Source of the DNA: Paramecium tetraurelia
Taxonomy: Eukaryota
DNA length: 64,000 nucleotides
NCBI GenBank assembly: GCA_000165425.1
Contig: CT867998.1
Location: 62,001-126,000, forward strand
Direction of reading: 5' to 3'
In this document: positions 53,200 to 64,000 of the stretch, in pieces
Layout of the letters: every line of letters begins with the position of its first letter
How positions within the stretch are numbered: position 1 is the stretch's first letter
The notes under the pieces: generated by a model
Databases searched by the model: none
Told to the model about the DNA's origin: nothing
What the model saw: only the letters and a program-made list of their open reading frames with translations
Translations under genes and position numbers: made by a program

Positions 53200-56100
53200 T
53201 CAATAATTCTTCAAGTTAATAAATTGAGGACCGTTTTAAATCTTATTTAATCATTAGAAAATGGTAGATGAAGTTCGAACTTATCCTTTCTTTTTAAGTA
53301 CTTACAATATGAATTAAGCTATTTTCCTTATTGTCTTATACTTTTGAAAAAGAAACTTCCATTATTAAAACCCATCAATAGCTAATTGAACACTTAATAT
53401 TGAGGTCATACAAAAAATGCAACCCCACCCCAGGTATTATCGAATCTCGTAAGTAAACCAAACTAACTCAAAATCACAACTCAGAATTGTGATATTGAAA
53501 AGTGTGCAAGAGACGCTAATCTCGCAAAATAACTATTTAAATTATTCTAATTTATCCTGTAATGGTTAAAATCTGATGTAAAATAAGCAAAAAGAAATTG
53601 ACAGAATTGTGATGCTGATTGATTGAAAAGCTGGAAAGTCATATGCGAATATTAATAATAGGATGAAGATAAGTTTTTTGATCAGAAGTATTGCATTAAA
53701 GTATTTTGAAAATTGGTTTATTTTGACTCCTTCAAAAATTGATCCATATTTTATTTAGATAGCTTTACTATTCACTGAGCATTTCTTCATCTAGGCTACT
53801 TTTATTACAAAATAAATGCTATAAATATGTGCAGCACTTGCCAAACAAGCTAAGAAAGAGTTGAATCTAATAAAATCATTTGTCGAATTGAATTCTAAGG
53901 TATACAATTGCAGTACTGCACAGAAAGCAAACTCGTATGCAGTAGCCATATAGGCACGTAGGATTCCACTATAGAAGAATTCTTAAACAATAACAAAACA
54001 TAGCCTATTAATGACAAGCTTAATTGTTAACAAGTATACTCCAAGTTTGAGAATCCTTTTATCCTAGGTTTACGATTCAGGATTAACATTTAATTTAATA
54101 TAAGATAAGATTTTAGGTACAACTTTTGCAATTGCATAAATACTGAAAAGGGAAATCCATACTGCAGATATTGTTGCAGAATTAATCATAAATAATGATG
54201 TTATATAATCACTTGCAATTTTTGAAGGTAACTTATTGAAATTTTGCGTTTTGAGTATTAATTCAATAATTCCTGAGAAGTCAAAAATCTTTTAAATAAA
54301 GTTAAATTAAGCAAATTCAAAAAGTGCAAAGTAGATTTATAAATTATATGGGAGTTGTGTATTAATGTATTTCAAATAAGATAGCATTTAGAGAGTATCC
54401 AACAAATTAAAAAAGGCTTCAATTCCTCCAAATACAATTGATCCTCCGCACATTGCCAAAATAAAGTAGAGAATATAGGAATTACTCTTGGTGGCTAATT
54501 GAACTCGAGTAATGGTGGTATCATCTATATAGATCACTTTTGGTATAAGGCAAGAGACTTCTGTTTCTATTTGGGAGTACCCTTGAGTTGAATAAATCAT
54601 AGAATTATTTAGGAATTTGATCAACAAGATTTCGTCTTAGGAATCTCTTGAGTAATTAATTTTTATCATCAAATTTAATAACGATTAATTTAACGAATTA
54701 ATCTATGCAATATCTTGGGTTAGTTCGAAAGACTGATCCATTTATTAAACACCAAGATCGTTAGAGAAATTAAAAGTTAGATAATCTTTAATTTAAAAAC
54801 CATCTCTAATAAAGATGGGAACACTATATGATAATTTAAACAATCGATTGGGAGAGTAAACTTAGGAAGTGCCTACACTCTACAATAATGGTTTGGGATA
54901 ATCCGGGACGATAATTACACCATTTACAATGATATAGTTGTTTTCTAGTTTACATTAATCATCACACCCATCACCCTTAAGATTATTCCCATCATCACAC
55001 TCCTCTTCATTTACTTTAATATAATCTCCACATTTATTTAAACAAGTTCCATTGATATATTCTGCATAATATCCTGATTCACAAAGTTAACATTTATGAT
55101 TCTTTTATTGTAGAATCTTACAACTTACACAATTTTAGGCTTAATCAATACATTCCAAACAATTAGCTGAACATTTAACACAATCATTTTTATCTAAAAA
55201 ATAGCCAATTTCGCATCTAATACATTAAGTTTTTTATGATAAAGTATTTAGTTCACATTCAATGCAATTAATTGAACACTGAAAACAAATTGATGTTTTT
55301 AGTATTTCATTTTTACAAGAATAATTATGATCAATTTGGCAATTTGAGCAACCATCTCTAACTACATCATTTCCATCATCACATCCTTCTCCATAAGTCC
55401 AAATTTAATCTTTGCAATCCTAATATTTGCAACTTTCTTAAGTTTTCCCTAATTCACCCAAACATGAAATGCAAAGTGCATCTTCACTTTCAAAGTAATT
55501 TTAAGCACACTAACATTTGTTATTCTTTAAAACTCTATGTAGTTCATCATCACAACTTAGACAATTAAAGTAATTGTCAATGCAAGTTAAGCAAAATTAA
55601 TAACATTATGAACAACTGTTTTAATTCCAAAAGTACCCTGGGTTGCAAGAACATTTAGAATTTAAATCTAAGTATAACCTAGATAACGGAAAGCATTCTT
55701 AACATATTGTTTAATTTAGACATGCTTTACATGGGTATTCACATCTATGACATTAATTCTATTATTCATAGTATCCAATCTTACAGACGCATTGATTATT
55801 AGAATTAATTTCTTAATTTAACCTGCAAGTAAGACATTTTTCAGGTAATCCTTCACAAGTTAAACAATTGTTATTGCATGGCTCACAATTCTAATCCAGT
55901 AGAAAATAGCCATCTAAGCATACATCGCAATTGAATTAATTGGTACATGTTATACAATAAGGAATACATGCTTCACATAAAGTCAATTAATTTACAAAAT
56001 ATCCATCTTAACAAATATCGCAAGTTACTTGGTTGAAGCAAACACCACAATTAATAATGCACTCTATACATCTATTAATTGTGGATAGATAGAATCCCTT

Positions 56101-57520
56101 CATACAACTATTGCAATTACCAATTCCTTAACAATCTATACAATATTTATCACAACAAAAATCTCCCCTCTATACAAAACCCTCTTTACATGAACATTAA
56201 TTTTCAATAATCTAAGTTGGATCTTCACAAGTTAAACAATTAGAAATAGTATCAGTACATGTAGAACATGGACTTTGACATTTAAGACATAAAAGGCCTG
56301 ATTAAAGATATCCTGGTTTACAAACACATTATGAGGCAGAATTAACTTCTTAATTAACATCCACACATGTTAGGCATTAGGAAGTAGATATCTAACAAGT
56401 TTAACATGGTTATTAACAAAGTATGCAGAAGTAATTAGAGTCATATCCCCATCCTAACCCACATTAACAAGTATCAGGCTATTGATGAGATGAATCTTAA
56501 CAGGTTACACATTTGCTTTTCGTATCTACACAATTTATACATGGCAATTAACATTTGATACATGTGATGCCATCACTATCCATAATCCAACCTGCTTTAC
56601 ATTCACATTCAAACAAACTATTAACTACTTAATTAACATCAACACAGGATAAACAGTGATACTGATACTATTCACAAGTTTTACATGGTTTTATACATAT
56701 CAAACACGATTGAGGAGTAGCTTAAACATAGCCAGGGGAGCATTCACATTGATATTGTGTTCTACTTAATATAAAAGGAAAAATGCAGTCTGTACAATTA
56801 GTAGCTATTAATTAACACTTTGAACAAGGTGCAGTACAAGCCTGACATTAATATGATCCATCAGTATAATATTCGTCTTTGCAAACACATTATTAACTAC
56901 TATTTGGTTTTCTATCGCTGTCAACACAACTAAGACAATTGTTTGAGTTATTCATGCAGTGAAGACATGGATACTAACAAGGAAGACATAAATTATTTGA
57001 AAGATATCTGCCATCTTAACATGAAAAGCACAAGGTGCTTGACATACACATTTTGCATGAAGGATCACAAGGTTAACAAGCTCCTTAATCTAGGAAATTG
57101 CCAATCTCACATGTATTACATAAACCATTCTACATACAAGTAGCACACTAACTAGGGCAAGGTGAGCAATTAATACCAGATAGGTAATACTTTGGAAAGC
57201 AAATTGAGCATTATTTTTACACGGATGGAGTATAACCTTAGACTTAAACCAGGCTACAAGTTTAGCATCCATTTTGACAAGCATCACATTCATGAACATC
57301 AGAAAGTAAATAAAAACCTGGCTTACACGTGTCACATTTGTTAGCTTAAGTACAAGCCAAGCAATTAGGTGAACAATCAACACATAAACCATTATCAGAA
57401 TATTACCCTTAATTACAACACCAAGTTACTAAAATAGTTTTAAGCAACTTTACATAAACAGTTTATTAAAATCAGATTGATTCTAAACAAGTTGTAGGAC
57501 ATCCAAAAATAATTTATATA
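53200..57520 (-). pseudogene. Cysteine-rich (furin-like and CDDGN repeat) multi-pass membrane protein, probably pseudogenised
   Basis: CxxCxxxCxxC repeats, ECDDGNNLKGDGCD and GCDDGNDVVRDGCS motifs, C-terminal TM region; frameshift near 56760-56790, in-frame TGA near 57472, 5' end decayed. Confidence 0.7.
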
Positions 57521-58599
57521 AGAATAAATGATTTATACAAAAAGGTTTTAATAGGTGTAATTTAGAAGTGATTAATTATTAATACCTGTTTTTTATAAAG
57601 ATTTAAAATTAATTGTCACTTGTGAATTTTACAATTAGGCTGATATTGGTATCCTCAATTTATATATTATTATTAAACTACCATATGTATATTGTTTAAT
57701 ATTTATTGCAAAACTCTTAAATAATTTAAATTTATTTATGAATACCCTCATTACTCTATATAATACAATCAACAAAAAAATTCAAAAAAAAAAACTTGTT
57801 CAACTGCAACCTCTTATTCTTTTTAAAAATAAATAAGCAAATTCGTTTCAATACAGGTTGTTATAATTAATTTCGATTTAAGAGTCAGTTACTCCGATTT
57901 ACCAATATTAGGATAAAAACCAATAACAAACATCTTATAATTCCTTCATATTCAAGCAACTAGGATGTGATCCAGCTAACAAAAGTTATTTTATTTATTT
58001 TTAAGATAATAAATATATTTTAATATTATTTATCATTATTAAATGTTAAATTAATAGTATCAACCGTTAAAAGTAAAATAAATTGTAGATCAAAAATTTA
58101 ATTTAATCTTACAAGATTTTAGAGAAACATCTGATCTGGTACCTATTATTCATGATTAATTTAATTTACAAATAATTTATTTAACATTTTGTATTAAATT
58201 AGGCCTATATTTTAATATTTTTATTAACCTTTTTGTAATTTTAGAAAAATAATTGATTATCATTATTAAATTTAATAATAATATCCAAATGAATGCTAAA
58301 TAAGGACTTTAAATGATTGATATATCTTAAATAATGGTTTACCAATCTTTCTTTGACATAATATCCTATTAACCATTTTTATATTTCCCTTAATTCAACA
58401 TTTATAAATTAAGCCTACATACTTCCTATAAATCAATGCATTTTTGAACCTTAAATTTCATCAAGATTATTCACAAATACTCAGATAAACATTTATTAAA
58501 ATTTTCTTTTAAATTCTTGCATTTTTACGATATCCCAACTATTTACTTTTATTTAAGTGTTATATTCACATTTATTAATGACTTAAAATCTACCAGTTA

Positions 58600-59200
58600 C
58601 TTCTGCCTAATTAGTTAATTTAATTCCTTTATCATATAATATATAACCATATGAAATATTTTAAAAATCTCCCATTACCAACTTGTTTACTATATTAATA
58701 TACTAGTTAAGGCTGCTTAAGAAAAACTTTGAAAATACTCCATTTACTTCCACCCTTCAATTACCTTAATCCCATCATCATATAAACCACCTCCACTATA
58801 AGATAAATGCATTCAATTAAAATATTTCTTATAAAATATTTATTATATAAGAAAATTTAAAAAATATATTGGGAATATTCTCCAAAATAAGAACATAATT
58901 CCTTCATCATATAATTCAACGCCACTATAATATATTTTAAATACAATATTAGGTTTGAATTATGTTGCCACAGCACAAATCATCCCATCTACCAATATTT
59001 TTAGCATTTTAGTATTCATCAGTATACAATTATTATAAGTAAAGACAAATCTATCCCAAATACCCAATCATTTTTCTTTTTAATGAAAGATATTTCATTT
59101 GCATTAAATTATTTAAAATATATTTATTAATTTCATTTATTGACTCACCATTCGATTTGCAAACCACACATTTCGATAAATTAATCCATTTTTTAGATCA
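58600..59200 (-). pseudogene. Remnant of a MORN-variant repeat gene
   Basis: Fragments SGGGLYDDGIK and NIGRWD resembling the 47-49 kb gene; no continuous frame. Confidence 0.45.
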
Positions 59201-59475
59201 TTAGAGATGATTAATTTATTTGAAATTATGTAATACTTTAGGCGCTTAAGAATTTCTTTAATAGGATCTCAAAATTTTTCTATCGAAGAATTTATCAGTA
59301 TCCAAATATTCTTCCTCTAAAGTTTGGTTATTCTTTTTAAAACAAAATTATTCCTTCTATATTAGAGAACGCAGACACTAAAATAAAGGTTGAAATTAAT
59401 GTACATCCATGAAAACGAAAGGATAATGAAAAGATTCTTTTAAAGATTCAATTTGTATTTTACCTTTTGAACTTT

Positions 59476-60801
59476 ATGGCCATTTATTTGAACCTGAAAT
59501 ATTATTTTATAACTGAGAATATATTTAAGTTATTAATTTAATAATTCATTTTCTTCTTTGGATCGTTTTCATGGTAAAAAAAAGAAAAATATGGGATTTA
59601 CTTTTCTTCATTTTTTCATTAACTCCAAAATCTTAGCATTATCTCATTGATTTAGAAGTATTTGAATAAAATATTATTTACATATCTATTGAATTTATTA
59701 AAATAGAATACTCATAAAATTTATGCATTTTAAAAGGCATAATTATCTTATTAATTGAAATTGAATAACAAAATGGAGCAATCGCATTCTAAGGCTTTCA
59801 CTTACAACCTATTACCATAGTATTCTATAAATTAAAATTCTTCACCTCGTGCAATCGCAATTAACAAAAACAATACATTGCTTGTAGTTGAAGCATACTA
59901 TTTCGTTAAATTTTTTACATTTAAAAGAGGAGAGATAAGATTATTGTAGAGGTTTGAATTTCGAAATTCAAACCATAATACTTTAAACTTTCAAATGCAG
60001 AAATAAGATATTGTGTCAAGCTCATAGAAATTTGTTTGCAAATATTCATCAAAGTTAATGGCTAATCCCAAATATATCTAGAAATGTTCTGGATAATTTA
60101 ATGCTAATTGCTTAATTCTACACCCTCTCAATGAAGACATAATAATTGTGGGCAGTTTACTAGGTCAAATTGACTTTTTATTCACTAATTAGAGTGGCAG
60201 TATCAAACCTTTTAAATAAACTATTAAAGAGCATAGTTCAGTACTTGGATTATCTATAAATAATGATGGTAAAAGGGTTATTTCCTGTGGAAAAGACAAT
60301 TTTATTCTAATTCTTGAACCCAATTCCACTAATTCTGAATTATCAACATACATTTGGACCGTAAAATAAAAATTATTTGTTGAGCAATATGGTTACAGAA
60401 TATGCTTTATTAATAATGATAAATTTACATTCCAACCATCACATTCGCCATACATGAATTTATATTGTGAAATAAATGGTTTTTTTCTTTTAAAAAGCTA
60501 ACATTTACTATCTTCTGATAAGAATGATCCTCGTTGTATTTTCTAATAGGTGTACAACAAATAGAAATCCCTTATTTACAATATATACGGAAGAGCTTTA
60601 TAAATTATTAGGCTTTCAAAGGATCAATCTTTGTAAACAGACAAATCTGAGGAATCTTTTCAATTAGAATAGCTTATTGATTTTGGAAACAATTATAATC
60701 CATGGATTTTTGGTGTAATTAGTGAAGATGCAGAATATATAATCACTTGGGATTTTTATTCAGAGTAAATATAAATTAGACAATTTCAAAATACCGAATG
60801 A
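59476..60801 (+). CDS. WD40-repeat protein (expanded Paramecium-type family)
   Basis: IKEHSSVLGLSINNDGKRVISCGKDNFILI, QYGYRICFINND, FGVISEDAEYIITWD..QIQIR; start uncertain (59476 or 59773). Confidence 0.75.
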
Positions 60802-61270
60802 GACTAAATTTCCTTTAATATGAATTTATAATATAAATAATTATCTGACTCATTTTTTAAATTAAATGTGTTCTTAAGGGTAAAACCTATTAAAAAGTAA
60901 ATATTAGACAATAATATTAGTTGATAACTGCTTGTAGTGTCTTTACCCTTATGATCCTTTTATTTTAGCTTCCCTTAATCTTGTTGTTCTAATAAAATGA
61001 AAGTTTAGAAGTTTTAATTAATCATAAATATAGAAATCAAGTAGAAAAATATATTAGATTCAAAAAATTTAATTGCACTATGTTTTAATTTTTTAATTCC
61101 ATGATTTTTGTTCTATGTATTGATAGATCTGGGTTGTTATATTCTTTACTCATAATTTATTTCTGTAAAGTTATAACTTGAGAGGATTTTGTTTAAATAA
61201 TTTTATAATTAATAAGTGTTTTTTAAATAGAAAATATAATCCTTATTAAAGAATTTATTAAAAATTTAGC

Positions 61271-61846
61271 ATGGATAACAATAATTGTTTCTCCTTAATA
61301 AATAATTCAAGATAAACAAGTATAAACTTACTATATCAAGTTGAATAAAATGTAACATTGATAAAAAATATCGAAATACAAGAATAGAAAAATAAGGAAT
61401 TATATCTCAAATCATTAGAAAGAATATTCTCATTACTGTAGAAAAATTAGTGCTCTTGCCCCAAATTATAACTTGAAAAACCTTTAGTTACAATAGAGGG
61501 ATATAGAAGCATTTGGTAAAATTACTCAAAAATTTGTGAATAAATAAAAATCAACTCTTAAGTTGTAGATTATTATTTTTCTGCCTCGTTTTGTCATTAC
61601 GTGTATGAAAATGTAATAGTTTAGGTTAATAAGAAATTAATAATTGATCATTCGTGGACAAAGAGTAAAAACTACACACATTTTATAATTGCTATAGCAA
61701 TTTTTAAGTATTTTTACAAATATACCAATAGAAGAATAATTGATTTGTTATTAATGCAAAAGGGCAGATACAAATTTAGTGAAAGATCGAAAAACAAAAT
61801 TGATTTTTAAGGAATGTAATGTATGCAAAGCTACATGTACTGTTGA
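61271..61846 (+). CDS. Hypothetical protein
   Basis: 576-nt ATG-to-TGA frame in ciliate code. Confidence 0.45.
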
Positions 61847-62070
61847 AGGATCAAAATTTAAATACTTTAGATTTCCTTGATTCTTTCTAATAAATTAAGT
61901 GTTAAGTTAGTCTTAATTCGATTACAAAAATCATCTTTATATATCTTAAATTTAATCAGTTTTGTTGTAAAGTTTGGCTTAGAAATAATTCAATTAGTTT
62001 CATATAATATAATTGTAAAAATTTAATAACAAATGAATTTAATATGTTAATAATTATTTTAAATATAAGT

Positions 62071-62367
62071 ATGAGTAATTTTTTTGGAAATCTTATAGAT
62101 AATCTGCTAGACAAAAAAGAACATAAATTGGAGAATTTTAGTGACTTTATTATGAAAGAAATAAGTGATATCGAAAAACATTTGATTAGTGATGTAGATT
62201 AGCTCATTAGATTGGATAAATATATATTAATCATTTTATTGTTCTTAGGAATTTTAAATCTGATTATTTTCGGATTACTTATTAGATTGTTTATTAGATA
62301 TAACAAGAATACTGAATAGAATACACAAATACAATATTCAAGAATTCAGTATGATGGAAGTATATGA
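62071..62367 (+). CDS. Small single-pass membrane protein
   Basis: 98 aa; YILIILLFLGILNLIIFGLLI hydrophobic helix. Confidence 0.55.
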
Positions 62368-62727
62368 TTTTATGGTTATATAAATTTTTAATTATAAATA
62401 CTTAGTGGATTAAAACAAATTGAAGCTTAATATTAGTAGAGAGTGATTAAATTCTGATATATAATTCTATTAGCTATAGCATAATAAATGATCTTAATTA
62501 ATTACAGCCATTAAATTAACAAAACATATTAATCATAAGTCTCATATTTCTAAAGAATATTTAATGATAACATTATTAGTTAGGAATATTTTGATAAGGA
62601 TGCTATATTGAAAGGAGATTTTAGGATAAATCAGAATTAACTATTCACGATATTTCTTTTTAAGCCTAGATCTATTCAGTGCCAAAAATCATCATCATCT
62701 CTCGTGGTTTCTCATTGCTGAGATTCT

Positions 62728-62756
62728 NNNNNNNNNNNNNNNNNNNNNNNNNNNNN
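62728..62756. other. Assembly gap (29 N)
   Basis: Run of n characters. Confidence 1.
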
Positions 62757-63606
62757 TATGTTTTGTTAATTTAATGGCTGTTTTTTATTAAGATCATTTA
62801 TTATGCTATACTAATAGAATGCTTGTTCTGTTCAAAAAAAACAAAAACTAACGAAAAAGGGTAGAAATTATTTGGCATAGAAACCTTTAACATAAAATAG
62901 AAACCATGAAGGAACATTATTTTAGTTATTTGATAACGAAAAATTTTAATTGAGTTTTTATGAATAATGAAATGATAGTTAATAATATTATAAAAGTTCA
63001 AATTTCATTGGTAATTCTGAAAGGATATTTTGAAGATTAACAATTAAATTTTTGTTAAGGTGAGATTAAACATATAAGGTAGTTGAGATCTTCATTAAAA
63101 TCAAAATTCTAATTTATTTTCAAGTATTAAGTAGAGAAATATTTTATATATAAGAATAGTATTATGAGAAAGTTTCAGAAATTTTATGATTCTATTATTT
63201 AGAATAATAGTGTATTCTATTATTTATTTATTGAAATAACTATCTATAATTCTAATTTTAATATAAGGACGACTAAGTTGAGCTAAGTACAAAATATTTC
63301 TCCACATTAATTTTGCTCTGATTAATCATAGATTTTTTGAAATTCATTTTTTAATTAATTAATTTAATTTTTAACTTAAGATAAGTTTATTTTCTTAATC
63401 TAAAGAAACTCAAGTTATTAATATTTATTCTCCAAAAAATAGAATAAAAAAATAAAAGAGCAAATAATTAATTCTATTCTAATAAAATAATGAATGAATC
63501 ATTTCATTACTTAGAAAGCATAAAACTTTAAGAGCTGCTTTATGAATCCTTCAAGTAGATATACATAAATTTATATATCAATATTATTTATTTTTTTAAT
63601 TAATTT

Positions 63607-64000
63607 ATGAATCCTCCAATATTTAGTTGCACCTATATGGCTCATAATTAGCATCCAATTATAAAATTCTGCTTAAATGAGAATTGCAAAGAAAAGAAGG
63701 ACAAACTTTGTTAAATTTGTTGGAACGAATTCCATAAGGATCATCAATTAGATTGTTTTCCAATTACAATATTATATTCTATATTATAGATTCATCTATA
63801 AAAGCTTGAAAAACTTTTTTAGTAACACTAGTCTTTATCAACTAAAGATTAATGTGATTCCTTTTCTTAAGAATTAATTGACTATTAAGATAAATTTAAG
63901 AAGCTAATTAAAAACTAATTCGATGAAATTAATATATACTAAGATAATTAGATTTTAATTAGATTTGCAAGGCAATGTTATAATAATCAAATCTCAAAAT
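63607..64000 (+). CDS. 5' part of a protein with an N-terminal B-box-like Cys/His motif and coiled coil (runs off the window)
   Basis: MNPPIFSCTYMAHNQHPIIKFCLNENC..LCQICWNEFHKDH. Confidence 0.65.

Overview
Very AT-rich eukaryotic DNA from a ciliate, almost certainly Paramecium. TAA/TAG read as Gln, TGA is the only stop, introns are about 22-30 nt GT..AG, and intergenic gaps are tiny. The supplied ORF track treats TAA/TAG as stops, so it shows only fragments and opposite-strand shadows; all genes below were re-read by eye in the ciliate code and their ends are approximate where introns are involved. A compact core (about 14.1-51.6 kb) holds a large USP deubiquitinase, EFHC/RIB72, a sorting nexin, a Rab, RPL23A, an Aurora-like kinase, CCDC153/DRC12, LUC7, a propeller-like protein, PRP40, an EB1-like protein, an MSH6-like protein, a MORN-like repeat protein and a TROVE/p80-like protein. 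The left flank has a truncated globin, an OSBP-family gene, a decayed APE+RT non-LTR retrotransposon, and two paralogous B-box-like/coiled-coil genes: one intact with 34-aa repeats, one a pseudogene with a 255-bp TA-bounded, IES-like insertion. The right flank has expanded-family genes and pseudogenes plus an assembly gap. Best leads: the IES-like insertion next to the LINE, an MSH6 lacking the Phe-X-Glu mismatch motif, and LUC7/PRP40 flanking a gene with PPPG(L/I) motifs. I cannot show that any of these is a previously undescribed system.
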